NCBI GenBank assembly: GCA_965198005.1 | Contig: CBDAOI010000001.1 | Span: 160,001-224,000, forward strand | Direction: 5' to 3' | Source of the DNA: Spirochaetia bacterium | GTDB taxonomy: Bacteria > Spirochaetota > Spirochaetia > SZUA-6 > Bin103 | Length of the DNA: 64,000 nt | Part shown: piece by piece, positions 29,500-39,723 of the stretch | How positions within the stretch are numbered: the first letter of the stretch is position 1 | How the letters are laid out: the number at the start of each line of letters is the position of its first letter | Notes under the pieces: model-generated | What the model was told of the DNA's origin: nothing | What the model saw: the letters and a program-made list of their open reading frames with translations, nothing else | Databases searched by the model: none | Translations under genes and position numbers: made by a program

Positions 29500-31293
29500 T
29501 CAGAACCCCATCTCCCGCTTCAGATCCTGATCGATCCAGAGACGCGAGTAGATCAGAATACGGTCCATGTCGCCGGGGTCGGCCTCGCCGTTGTAGCCCT
29601 TCACCCACGGCCAGAACGCGTTGAACTGTGGCACGCGGGCGCCCCAGATCGGAACGTGCTGACGGTTGAGATAGTCGGAGGCCTCCCTGGAGAGTCGCTG
29701 GCGCTCTTCCAACGTGGTGGCCGTCTGCACGCGCCTGACCATCTCGTCGTAGACCGGATCGTCGAGTCTGCGGGGCGGGTCGTTTGCCCAGTATAGGAGT
29801 TGACCCGTCGGATTCCACTCGTATCCGGAAACCCCCATGCGGACGTCGAAGTCCTTCGCGCGGCGCCGAGCCATCACTACGGGGCCCTCAAGATAGGAGA
29901 TCGTTACATCAATGCCGATCTCTCGCCAGCCCGCCGCCAGGAGCTCATTCCAGCCTTGGTCGCCAAACGTTGGTGTAGAGATTGCCTCCATCTCGAAGCG
30001 GGTCCCGTCGGCGCCGCGCGGTAAGCCGGCTTCGTCGAGCAGCCTCTCGGCCTCTGCCGGATTGTAGGAATACGCCGCCTTGAGGTCCGCCGGCCAGTCC
30101 TCGTAGCGAGTCATGTAGGGATACAGGGCTCGCCCCAACCACCCCTGTGGCTGGGTGACTGCATAGCCCTTGAAGTAGGTTTCGCCCCAGCCCTCGATGT
30201 CGAGGGCCAACTGCAGAGCGCGGCGCACGCGGACGTCGTCGAAGGGCGGCTTGTTCGGGTTGACGACGGGGGACGTCTCAGACCGATAGGAGTAGCCCTC
30301 GACAACGATGTCAGGGTTGGTGCGTTGCAGGCTCTCCACCTGGTCGATCGACGTAAGCTGTGCGCTTCCCTGGAAGCCGACGAAATCGACCTTTGCCGAG
30401 CGCAAGGCGGCAAGACGCGTCTGGGGCTCGGACATCACCAGTGCGGTGATGGTGTCGACATAGGGCAGCCGGTTCTGGGCGAACTTCTCGTCGAAGCCCC
30501 AGTAGCCGGGAGCCTTGTCCCAGGTGATGGAGCTGCCTTCCACCCAGTCCGTGAGCTCAAAGGGTCCGGTGCCTACCAGGTTCTGCCAATCGCCGATATC
30601 GACTCCGGTCCCCGCCCGAATCACCTCCGGCGGATAGATGAACAGGACGTTCTGCGTCAGGAGCGTCTTGACCGCGTCCAGGTTCAACTCCGCCAGCTTG
30701 AAGACGACGCTGTTGCCCTGGGCCGTTACGGAGGTGATGCCGAGGTTGTCCGCGGACGACACGGCAGCGACGCCTTCCGGCACCTCGGTGAAGCCGCTAC
30801 CCAACCCGAGGAAGCGGTGGAAGTTGAACTCCACGTCCTTGGCGGTGAGCGCGCGACCGTTCATCGGCGCCTTGTCATGCCAGTTCACGCCCTGGCGGAT
30901 GTGAAAAACGATGGTCGTGGGGTCGGGCTGCTCCCAGCGCTCGGCCAGGCGTCCGACGATGATGTCGTCGGGCAGGTAGGTGGTGCGGAAGTCGAACTTG
31001 TCGCGACTGACGCCCCAGTCACCGATACCGAGCTTCTCCACCACGAGGCCTGCCACGATCGCGGGCGGGTGGCGGTAGTACGTGTCCACCGTTGGCGGAT
31101 CCTCGCGCAGCGTGACGGTGAGCGTGCCGCCGTACTCTGGGGCGGTGACCATCTTTCCGGTGGTCGGGTCCGTCACCATCGGCTTCTCGGTCGCCGCAGC
31201 TGCCCCTTCGCCTTCTCCGCTGGCAAACGTAACGGTAGCCACCAGCGCGAGCGCCAGTGTCAATAAAGCGATTCTGAAAATGAAGTAGTTCAT
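29500..31293 (-). CDS. Family-5 ABC substrate-binding protein, module 2 (near-identical paralog of 39724-41514)
   Basis: SBP5 motifs; direct sequence comparison. Confidence 0.93.
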   Translation of the reverse strand: MNYFIFRIALLTLALALVATVTFASGEGEGAAAATEKPMVTDPTTGKMVTAPEYGGTLTVTLREDPPTVDTYYRHPPAIVAGLVVEKLGIGDWGVSRDKFDFRTTYLPDDIIVGRLAERWEQPDPTTIVFHIRQGVNWHDKAPMNGRALTAKDVEFNFHRFLGLGSGFTEVPEGVAAVSSADNLGITSVTAQGNSVVFKLAELNLDAVKTLLTQNVLFIYPPEVIRAGTGVDIGDWQNLVGTGPFELTDWVEGSSITWDKAPGYWGFDEKFAQNRLPYVDTITALVMSEPQTRLAALRSAKVDFVGFQGSAQLTSIDQVESLQRTNPDIVVEGYSYRSETSPVVNPNKPPFDDVRVRRALQLALDIEGWGETYFKGYAVTQPQGWLGRALYPYMTRYEDWPADLKAAYSYNPAEAERLLDEAGLPRGADGTRFEMEAISTPTFGDQGWNELLAAGWREIGIDVTISYLEGPVVMARRRAKDFDVRMGVSGYEWNPTGQLLYWANDPPRRLDDPVYDEMVRRVQTATTLEERQRLSREASDYLNRQHVPIWGARVPQFNAFWPWVKGYNGEADPGDMDRILIYSRLWIDQDLKREMGF

Positions 31294-31454
31294 GAGAAAA
31301 ACCTCCGATTCTCGATTCTCGATTGTTGTGCGTTCCGGCAACGCCGGGGGTGATTGCTGACTGAGGACCAAGCAGGGCGGTGGCCAACGCGCGGGGGCGT
31401 CGGTTCACCGTGCCGGGCGCTCGGAGTGTGACGTGAGAGTTGGAGCTTACTGCC

Positions 31455-31513
31455 GGCCCTGGTGCCACTGGCGGTTGCAGCACCAGGCGCGCCCACTCGC
31501 CGGCGTTCCCTGG
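31455..31513 (+). pseudogene. Uma2 5' remnant
   Basis: Matches 41926-41986 and 55912-55971, which continue into the Uma2 N-terminal sequence. Confidence 0.6.
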
Positions 31514-31555
31514 GTAGAGATAGGCAGAAATAGCAAGTACACTTGACACTTCGGT

Positions 31556-32059
31556 ATGAGGGGAACTACTCTCGGCGAGATGTATCTCAGCGTGCTCAAA
31601 GCCGCGATGGCAAAGAAGGCGTATCGCCAGTCAGACGTGGCCCGGGCAGCCGGGGTGACCCGGCAGGCCGTCTCGCTGTGGTTTGCACAGCATCATGATT
31701 TCCAGAACGTGCACGTGGCCACCCTCCTGAACCTGAGCGAGAGTCTCGGTATCGACCCAGCCGAGTTCCTCCAACCGCTTCCGGGTATCTCCGATCTCTC
31801 CACTGCACGACGACTGTACGCGGAGTTCTGCTGGGATCGCTCCTATCCGAATATCTATAGCTTCCTGGTCGCACTGGCCGGATCAGAGCCGCGTGCCGTC
31901 GCCCGCTTCATCGAGAGCCGCGGAATATATGAGGCGGCGGCCCTGTTGGGCGAGCGGACGTGGCGCGCCTACCGCGGCCTCCGCAAGCATCTGCCTCCGG
32001 CGAGGCGCAAGGAGATCGACACCGTATGGCAGGTTCATCACGATTTGACCCGTCGCTAG
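31556..32059 (+). CDS. XRE-HTH protein, putative type IV antitoxin
   Basis: QSDVARAAGVTRQAVSLW helix-turn-helix; overlaps the AbiEii-like gene. Confidence 0.75.
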   Translation: MRGTTLGEMYLSVLKAAMAKKAYRQSDVARAAGVTRQAVSLWFAQHHDFQNVHVATLLNLSESLGIDPAEFLQPLPGISDLSTARRLYAEFCWDRSYPNIYSFLVALAGSEPRAVARFIESRGIYEAAALLGERTWRAYRGLRKHLPPARRKEIDTVWQVHHDLTRR

Positions 32060-32775
32060 CAGATCGTGTCCTACCGCCTGCGCTGCTGGAATCTCTCCGC
32101 CATCTGTTCGCGCAGGGGATCGATGACTGCATCCTCGTTGGCGGTACCGCCTTGGCCGGCTTCTACGCCGGGCATCGTCGGTCGGACGACCTCGACCTGT
32201 TCACCGGCGATGCGGTCTCGTTCCGACAGACCGTTCTGGCGACTCGCTCGCTGCGTTCCATTGGCGTCGAGGTGGAGGAGCGGAGTCGCAGCAACCAGTA
32301 TTATCGCGCCGTCTGTGATCTCAAACAGCTTAGTTTCACGGTGGACGTCGTTCTTGACGAGCGAATTCTCGGTACTGCCGAATCCAACTCCAGCGGCGCA
32401 GTGGTCGTTGCCGGTTTGCCCACGCTCTTTGCCATGAAGGCAGCCACGCTTGTTTCGCGGTGCAGCGAAAAGGACCTCTACGATCTTCTGTGGCTGTTCA
32501 ACGCCCATCCCGACACAGAACTCTCCGCGCTCATTGAGCTTGGGCAGACTGTCGATGCCGGAATGAACGGTGAGGCCCTCGTCTACAGTATCGGGAGTGT
32601 CGAGCTGGAGCGGCAAGCATGCGCATTCGCGGTGCACTTCGGCGTCTCCGAGGCCACGGCATTCACCAGAATAACGGCGTTCCGAAACAAGCTCCTGAGA
32701 GCGCTGGATCTCCACCTTACCGCTGGAACGAACAGCACGCTCCAGGACATTGTCCGCCGAATAGCAAGACTGTAA
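32026..32775 (+). CDS. AbiEii/AbiGii-family nucleotidyltransferase toxin
   Basis: LVGGTALAGFYAGHRRSDDLDLF, AMK and SRCSEKDLYDL. Confidence 0.88.
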   Translation: MAGSSRFDPSLADRVLPPALLESLRHLFAQGIDDCILVGGTALAGFYAGHRRSDDLDLFTGDAVSFRQTVLATRSLRSIGVEVEERSRSNQYYRAVCDLKQLSFTVDVVLDERILGTAESNSSGAVVVAGLPTLFAMKAATLVSRCSEKDLYDLLWLFNAHPDTELSALIELGQTVDAGMNGEALVYSIGSVELERQACAFAVHFGVSEATAFTRITAFRNKLLRALDLHLTAGTNSTLQDIVRRIARL

Positions 32776-32814
32776 GTGTAGAAGTGAGCATTCTCGAGAG
32801 CGTGAAGCGGGAAT

Positions 32815-32926
32815 TGATCGGGCAGGCGCAGGGGAATCACGCGGTGGGAGATCAAGCCGGCCTCGGACGGGCATGTGCGGAGACCGTTTATTGCGCCGTA
32901 ACCAAATTGTGCGCTACGTGTTGAGT
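32815..32926. repeat. About 110-bp direct repeat, second copy at 56062-56173
   Basis: tgatcgggcaggcgcagggg...gctacgtgttgagtg appears identical at both sites. Confidence 0.9.
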
Positions 32927-32927
32927 G

Positions 32928-33774
32928 CGTGGCGAGCCAGAAATTGGGCGTCGCCAGACCGATGATGGCGATGGAGCGGCCGGTGTAGTCGCCCGCGGTG
33001 TCCTGCCGCACCGCCGAGTAGATGCCCACCGGCACGGCGATCACCAACCCGATGAGGATGGACAGGACACCCAGCTCGACGGTGATCGGCAGCCGCCCGA
33101 TGATTCTCTCCTCGACGGTAGCTCCGCCGAACAGCGAGTCGCCCAGGGTGCCGCGCAGGAAGATGCCGCCGAGCCAGCGCACGTACTGCACCGGCGCCGG
33201 CACATCCAGCCCGAGCATGCGCTCAATCCGTTCGCGGTCCAAGTGTGCTCTGCCGCCTACTTCCTGCCCCAGCCGGGCCATGGTGTGGGACCCGGACCCG
33301 AGACATGCCAGTGCTGGCTTATGGCGTACAGATTCCCCTCTTTGACGAGCCGAGTCCGCTCCTCAAGCGTGGTGGCCGCCTTGGCGGCGTCGACCAGCGC
33401 GTCCATGTGCGGGTCGTTGACGCCCAATCCGTCGTTGTTCACGCCGTAGAAGGAATCGGAGCGGTAGAACACCTCAAGGTGTACGAGATCGCCATACACG
33501 GCAGCGCCTTCGCGTTCTCGTTGACCACGCCCATGAAGTGGGTTGCCCAGCCGCTGATCGACCAGTAATCGCAGTGCTCGCCGGTGCCGGTCCGGCCGTA
33601 GGTGAGGGTCCCTCCATACTGCGGCGCCTCCACCATCTCGCCGGTGGCGGGGTCGAGCACCATCTCCTTCTCGGCCGCGGCGGCCGCTTGGTCGCTCTCG
33701 CCGCTGGCAAACGTAACGGTAGCCACCAGCGCGAGCGCCAGTGTCAATATGCCGATTCTGAAAACGTAGTTCAT
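32928..33774 (-). pseudogene. Collapsed module 3: SBP N-terminus, SBP C-terminal scrap and DppB fragment
   Basis: MNYVFRIG...APQYGGTLT; DPHMDALVDAAKAATTLEER; ERMLGLDVP...ATPNFWLA, joined by large deletions. Confidence 0.8.
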
Positions 33775-34191
33775 GAGAAGAACCTCCGATTCTCGATTCT
33801 TGTTCGAGAGCATTCGCTGATCTTGCTGCCGGCCCCTCGCCTGCTCTCGTTGCCTGTCTGCCGCCCTGTGTCGTGTGCGGCGCAGGCGGGTCCCGATGAG
33901 GGCGACAACCTGGAACTCACCCCGGGGGCGATCAGGCGCAACTGCCGTCGATCGCGTCCGGCGGTGGATTACGGCTTCACGGGCACCTCCTGAATGGGTA
34001 CCGGACAGACGCAGGACGGCGCCGGTTGGAGGCGTGAACGGGTCTGGCCGGTGGATTGTTCTGTTGTCCGGCAACGCCGGGGGTGATTGCTGACTGGGGA
34101 CCAAGCAGGGCGGTGGCCGACGCGCGCGGTCGTCGGTTCACGGAGCCGGGCGCTTGGTGGGTGACGTGAGAGCTTACTGCCCCTGGGGAGC

Positions 34192-34372
34192 GGGGGGGGG
34201 AGAGGGAGGGAGTAGACGGACGGGATGGGCCAAGCAGCACGCCGGACGGCAGTGCTCGGGCGCCACTAGCGTGGACCGGTGGCAGGGCTGTAGTGCGTAG
34301 TCAAGCATCATCCGTATTCCGTTCAAGTCCCCAACCCCGATACCATAGCACATCCCCGCCAGAGCGGTCAAG
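34192..34372 (-). promoter_or_regulatory. Repeated promoter/leader element, copy B, with G9 tract
   Basis: Minus strand TTGACC-18-TATGGT with TG extension; homologous to copies A, C and D. Confidence 0.72.
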
Positions 34373-34479
34373 CGTTACTTCGTGCTTGACGAGCGGCGCG
34401 TAGGGGCGGACGATTTACCGAGCCGCAATCGGATGAGCGCGGTGATCGGGTTGGAGCAGAGCCGGTCGCTGAGCGATGA

Positions 34480-34612
34480 TCTTGCGGGATGCCCTGCCCC
34501 ACCACGGTCATGATCGTGAGCGGCAGCAACCGGCCGGGGAACGACATCCAGGCGTCGACGCCGCGCTGCAGGAGCATGTCCAGCTTGCCGCCCATGACCT
34601 CGCCCGCGCAGC
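34480..34612 (-). pseudogene. DppC fragment
   Basis: GGKLDMLLQRGVDAWMSFPG...IMTVVGQGIPQ. Confidence 0.7.
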
Positions 34613-34639
34613 CGGCGTGTGGCGACCACGTTGCTCGGC

Positions 34640-34915
34640 TCAGGAACGCGTCTCCGGCAAACGGTCCCACTCGGGAACGGTTCGTTCCGGAACCGTAGCG
34701 AGGATCTCATCCACCGCCCGCAGTAGCTGTTTCTTGTTGACGTTGCTCAGGATACCGTCGAAATAGGACTGATTCTCCAGTTCCGCGATCTCCTTGGTGA
34801 ACGCGTACAGGGCAAACTGATTGATCGAGACCCCTTGCAGGGCTGAGACCTTCTCGATCCGTTTCTTCAGCACTGCGGGAACCCTGATCGTCATCGTATT
34901 CGTGCTACTTCCCAT
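34640..34915 (-). CDS. Ribbon-helix-helix/HicB-like antitoxin
   Basis: MTIRVP..LKKRIEK.S..QGVSINQF; overlaps the PIN gene. Confidence 0.75.
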   Translation of the reverse strand: MGSSTNTMTIRVPAVLKKRIEKVSALQGVSINQFALYAFTKEIAELENQSYFDGILSNVNKKQLLRAVDEILATVPERTVPEWDRLPETRS

Positions 34916-35345
34916 CCGACTTCCTCCACTCAACGAGAAACTGGTACGGCGTCACAACTCGAAAGGAATCGTGCTTCAGTTCCGAGCCAGACACGAAGTC
35001 TCTAGTGTTCTGCGTAATCAAGTGGCTGCTCTCACTCGCCACCGCGAGCTCTACGAACATGTTGTCCGCCTCATCTTGCAGATTCGGGCGCCACAGGTAG
35101 TACACCCGGCTTGGGCTCGAAACGAATGCGACGAATCGCAAGACCGTATCGAGCTGATCCGCAGAGAGACTCAGCAGCGCCATGTTCTCCGGGCGGGTGA
35201 GCACCGCCCGATACTCCTCAAACACGGGAACTGACAGCGCCAGCCGGAGATGCCCGTCTCGAATCAAGCGAAACACCGCGTGTGACGCACCCGATCGACT
35301 GCAGAACGCCTGAAACAGAACGTTCGTGTCGAGAGTGACGGTCAC
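34905..35345 (-). CDS. PIN-domain toxin
   Basis: VTLDTNV, LQDEADNMFVELA and LITQNTRDF. Confidence 0.88.
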   Translation of the reverse strand: MTVTLDTNVLFQAFCSRSGASHAVFRLIRDGHLRLALSVPVFEEYRAVLTRPENMALLSLSADQLDTVLRFVAFVSSPSRVYYLWRPNLQDEADNMFVELAVASESSHLITQNTRDFVSGSELKHDSFRVVTPYQFLVEWRKSDGK

Positions 35346-35462
35346 AGACAAGAGATACCATATATGCTGGCAAAGGGCCAGGTGCCGAAGACACCGTAAC
35401 GCACGCCACCGTGCCCGACGTGGCGGCACCCGGTCGCGGACAGGCATGGCCGCCGGCCGGTA

Positions 35463-36425
35463 TCAGCCGGAGCGCTCGGCCTTTTGCAGGGCGCGGCGGG
35501 CGCCTTCGATGGCGCGGGCGCTCATGCCGCCGCTGCCGAGGCCGGCGCCGCCGCCACCGCCCCGCAGCCGGGGGTCGAGCAGGTCGCGCACCGCGTCGCC
35601 GAACATGTTGAGGCAGTACACCACCACCGTGAGCGCCACCCCCGGCCACATCGCCAGGCGCGGCGCCATCTCCATGAACTGGCGCCCCTCGCGGCTCAGC
35701 ATGCCGCCCCAGCTCGGCACCGTGGTCGGCAGCCCGAACCCCAGGAAGCTCAAGGACGCTTCGGCGATGATGATGCCGCCGATCGTGATCGAGAACACGA
35801 CGATGACCGGCGCGGTGATGTTCGGCCACACGTGGCGCCTGAGGATGTGCCAGGGAGCGCTGCCGATCGCGCGCGCGGCCTCGAAGTAGGGGTTCTCCTT
35901 GATCCCGATCACGGCACTGCGGATCACGCGCGAGTTGCCGATGCCGGAAGTGACGCCGAGCACGACGATGATCTGCAGGATGCCCTGGCCGACGATGGTG
36001 ATGATCGTCAGCAGCAGCAACAGGCCGGGGAAGGACATCCAGGCGTCGACGAAGCGCTGCACCAGTATGTCCAGCTTGCCGCCCGCGAAGCCGGCCACGC
36101 CGCCCACCAGCAGCGCCACCACTGTGCTCAGCAGGGTGGCGGCAAAGCCCACCCCGAGCGAGGTGCGGGCGCCGTACACCAGCCGGCTCAACACGTCGCG
36201 GCCGAGCTGGTCGGTGCCCAGCAGGTAGGTGGCCGACGGGTCGCCCAGCCGGTCGACCAAGTGCATCTCGGCGAAGGGGAAGGGAGCCAGGACATCGGCC
36301 AGGATGGCGATCAGCGCCAGCAGCAGGACTACCACCGCGCTCGCCGCCCCCAACGGCCGCTCCCCCACCAGCCGCCGCAGCAGGTCGAGCAGAAAGGGCC
36401 GCGGTTTGGGCTGAGTCGGTCGCAT
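35463..36425 (-). CDS. DppC-like permease, module 4
   Basis: Complete permease motifs. Confidence 0.92.
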   Translation of the reverse strand: MRPTQPKPRPFLLDLLRRLVGERPLGAASAVVVLLLALIAILADVLAPFPFAEMHLVDRLGDPSATYLLGTDQLGRDVLSRLVYGARTSLGVGFAATLLSTVVALLVGGVAGFAGGKLDILVQRFVDAWMSFPGLLLLLTIITIVGQGILQIIVVLGVTSGIGNSRVIRSAVIGIKENPYFEAARAIGSAPWHILRRHVWPNITAPVIVVFSITIGGIIIAEASLSFLGFGLPTTVPSWGGMLSREGRQFMEMAPRLAMWPGVALTVVVYCLNMFGDAVRDLLDPRLRGGGGGAGLGSGGMSARAIEGARRALQKAERSG

Positions 36426-36435
36426 GCGCCAGACT

Positions 36436-37352
36436 CTACCGGTACTGCACCCGCGGGTCCAGGTAGCCGCAGAGGATGTCGATGAACAGGTTGATCGTCA
36501 TCACCGCGGTCGCGAAGAACAGGTTGATGTCCGATGTCCGATACCAGCGGGTAGTCGCGCACGTTGAGCGCTTCCAGCATCAGTCGGCCCAGACCCGGCA
36601 GCGCGAACATGTTCTCCATGATCACCGAGCCGCCGACCAGGATCGGGAGCTGCAGGCCGATCAGGGTCACCACCGGGATCAGCGCGTTCTTGATCAGTGC
36701 CGGAGGATGATCAACCGCTCCCTGAGTCCCTTCGCCCAGGCGGTGCGGATGAAGTCCTGGCGCAGCACCTCCAGCATCATGGTGCGCGTCATGCGCATCA
36801 CGGTGGCCGACAGGTAGGTGCCCAGAATGAGGCTGGGAATGAACAGGTGGCCGAGATTGCGAAGCGGGTCGTCGGCGAACGCCACCATGCGCAGCGGCGG
36901 CGCCCACGCCCACCAGATGGCGGGAAAGGTCAGCATCAGGGTGGCGAGCCAGAAATTGGGCGTGGCCAGGCCGATGATGGCGATGGAGCGGACCGGAAGG
37001 TAAGCTCCCACATGTTGATGTCGGGATCGGTATTCTGCAGGTTCTCGACCTGGTCGAGCGCCCGCAATTGGGTGTCGCCTACCGTCCCCAACATATCGAG
37101 TTGACCCGAGCGCAGGGCCACGATCCGCGCCGCTGCATCCGGCATGATCAGGACGTTCACCTCGTCGACGTAGGGCAACCGGTTGTTCGGAAACTTATCG
37201 TCAAACCCCCAGTAGTCGGGAACCCTGCGCCAAGTGATGGAGCTGTCTTCGACCAGGTCGGTCAGCTCCATCGGCCCGGTACCCACCAGATTCATGCAAT
37301 CCTGCAGGTCGCCGTGTTGCTGGATCACCTCCGGCGGGTAGATGAAGGTAAC
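36436..37352 (-). pseudogene. Module 4 DppB 3' half (frameshifted) fused to an internal SBP fragment
   Basis: YPPEVIQQHGD...GTGPMEL...INMWEL joined to SIAIIGLATPNFW...LDPRVQYR. Confidence 0.8.
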
Positions 37353-37436
37353 CCACGCGTCGAGTGTCGTTTCTTGTTGTGTCAGCGTTAGTGCTCAGTT
37401 ACTGGTATGGAACCATAAATACTGTAGTATTGCATC

Positions 37437-37739
37437 ATGAAGACCACCATCGATCTGCCGGATGCCCTCTACCGGAGAGCGAAGATCCGCGCGGCCGAGC
37501 GCCGCACCACACTGCGCGCACTGCTCACCGAGTCGCTGGAGGCTCACCTGCTCGAACAGCAGGCGCCGGGTCCGGAGTTGCCGCAACGGGACCGGTTCCG
37601 CACCGATGAGCGCGGCTGGCCGATTCTCCAACGGCCAGCCGGCGACCGCCGAGTGATCACCGATGACTTCATCAACCAGCTTCGGGAAGAGGAAGACCCC
37701 GGCGGCCCCGGATCGCCGGCCGGCGCTACCCACCCCTGA
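37437..37739 (+). CDS. VapB/CopG-like antitoxin, orphan
   Basis: MKTTIDLPDALYRRAKIRAAER...; no cognate toxin follows. Confidence 0.72.
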   Translation: MKTTIDLPDALYRRAKIRAAERRTTLRALLTESLEAHLLEQQAPGPELPQRDRFRTDERGWPILQRPAGDRRVITDDFINQLREEEDPGGPGSPAGATHP

Positions 37740-38622
37740 GCCGCGGGTCGAGCAGGTCGCGTAGCGCATCGCCGAACATGTTGAGGCTGTAGATGACTAT
37801 GGTGAGGCACAGCCCCGGCCACAGCGCCAGCCAGGGCGCCGTTTCCATGTACTGCATGCCCTCTCGACTGAGCATGCTACCCCAGTCCGGCGTGCTCGGC
37901 GGCAGGCCGTAGCCGAGAAAGCCCAGCGACGCGGCGGACAGAATATTGCCGCCAATGCCCACCGAGAACACGATGAGCATCGGCGCCATGATGTTCGGCA
38001 GGACGTGTCGGAACAGCGTCATCCGCAGCGGGGTGCCAATGGCGCGCGCCGCCTGGAAGTAGTCGTTCTCTTTGATGGCGACCACGGCTCCCCGCGGCAC
38101 GCGCGAGCCGCTGATGCCACCCGATACGCCAAGCACGACGATGATCTGCACTAGCCCGGGGCCCGTCAGCGACATGATCGTCAGCAGCAGGAGCAGGCCC
38201 GGGAAGGCCATCCACGCGTCGACGACCCGCTGCACCGCCAGGTCAAACCTGCCGCCGACGAAGCCCGACGTGCCGCCAACCAGAATCGCGACGACGATGT
38301 TGAGCGTAGTCGCCGCCAGACCGACGAACAGCGAGATGCGACCGCCGTTGATGAGACGACTCAACAGATCGCGGCCGACCTGGTCAGTGCCGAGCAGGTA
38401 CTTCGCCGAAGGACCCTGCAGCCTGTCGATCACATGCAGCTCGTTGTGCGGATACGGCGCGACGGCGTCGGAAAAGATGGCAACGAAGATCAGAATCAGG
38501 AAGACGGCGGCACCGGCCGTTCCCAGCGGCTTGGTCTTGACCAGCCGAGTCAAGAAGTCGATCAGACCCGTGCGCCGCGCTGTCCTGGGCGTCGTGACAG
38601 AAGTCGTTGTCGAGTCACTCAT
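37726..38622 (-). CDS. DppC-like permease, module 5
   Basis: Complete permease motifs. Confidence 0.93.
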   Translation of the reverse strand: MSDSTTTSVTTPRTARRTGLIDFLTRLVKTKPLGTAGAAVFLILIFVAIFSDAVAPYPHNELHVIDRLQGPSAKYLLGTDQVGRDLLSRLINGGRISLFVGLAATTLNIVVAILVGGTSGFVGGRFDLAVQRVVDAWMAFPGLLLLLTIMSLTGPGLVQIIVVLGVSGGISGSRVPRGAVVAIKENDYFQAARAIGTPLRMTLFRHVLPNIMAPMLIVFSVGIGGNILSAASLGFLGYGLPPSTPDWGSMLSREGMQYMETAPWLALWPGLCLTIVIYSLNMFGDALRDLLDPRLRGG

Positions 38623-38634
38623 CAGTCCGCGTCC

Positions 38635-39597
38635 TCACCGGTACCTGATTCTCGGGTCCAGGAATGCGTAGACCACGTCGATGATGATGTTGTTCAAGAC
38701 CACAACGGTCCCGAACACCAGATTCACGCCTGACACGACGGTGTAATCGCGATCCTGCAACGCGAGCAACATCAGCCGCCCCAGTCCCGGAAGATTGAAG
38801 ATGTTCTCCATGATCACCGAGCCACCTACCAGGATTGGCAGCTGCAGGCCGATGAGTGTCACGACGGGGATCAGTGCGTTCTTGATGGCGTGTCGCACGA
38901 CCACCACGCGCTCGCGCGCCCCTTTGGCCCACGCGGTGCGAATGTAGTCCTGCCTCAGCACCTCGAGCATCATCGTGCGCGTCATGCGCATGACGGCGGC
39001 GGCGCCTGAGGTGCCGAGGATCAGACTCGGTACGAAGAAACCCGAGAGGTTCCGTAGCGGGTCCTCGAGGAAGGGGACCAACCGGAGCGGAGGCGACCAC
39101 GCCCACCAGATCGCCGGGTAGATCATCACCATGACGCCCAGCCAGAAGTTGGGCGTGGCCAGGCCAACGATCGCCACCGATCGTCCGACGTAGTCGCCCA
39201 CCTTGTCCTGTCTGATGGCGGAGTAGATGCCCACCGGCAGCGCGATGACCAGGCCAATCAAGATCGCCAGCAAGCCTAGCTCAAACGTGACCGGCACGCG
39301 TCCGATAATTCGCTCGCCGACCTCCCAACCGTGCAACAGGGATTTGCCGAGGCTGCCGCGTAGGATGATGTCGCCCACCCAGCGCCCATACTGGACGTAT
39401 ATGGGCTGGTCGAGCCCGAACATCTTCTCGACCGCCGCGGGATCCGCATCGAGAATGCCACCGGTCAGCATCATCTGCTCCATCATCACATCGACGATGT
39501 CGCCGGGGATGAAGCGGACCGACAGGAACACCAGCATCGACAGGATGACCAGGGTCGGAATCGCAAGCAACAGACGACGGATCAGGTACGCTGTCAT
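38635..39597 (-). CDS. DppB-like permease, module 5
   Basis: Complete permease motifs. Confidence 0.93.
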   Translation of the reverse strand: MTAYLIRRLLLAIPTLVILSMLVFLSVRFIPGDIVDVMMEQMMLTGGILDADPAAVEKMFGLDQPIYVQYGRWVGDIILRGSLGKSLLHGWEVGERIIGRVPVTFELGLLAILIGLVIALPVGIYSAIRQDKVGDYVGRSVAIVGLATPNFWLGVMVMIYPAIWWAWSPPLRLVPFLEDPLRNLSGFFVPSLILGTSGAAAVMRMTRTMMLEVLRQDYIRTAWAKGARERVVVVRHAIKNALIPVVTLIGLQLPILVGGSVIMENIFNLPGLGRLMLLALQDRDYTVVSGVNLVFGTVVVLNNIIIDVVYAFLDPRIRYR

Positions 39598-39723
39598 CTC
39601 ACTTGGCAGCCGCAGACCACGCTCCCCGCCCTGAGGCGGGTCCACTGCGAGTCGCTTACGGCGAGACGCTCGGGGAGCCCGCCCTAAGGCGGGCTCCTTG
39701 ACGATCCGTCCGTGGACGGATCG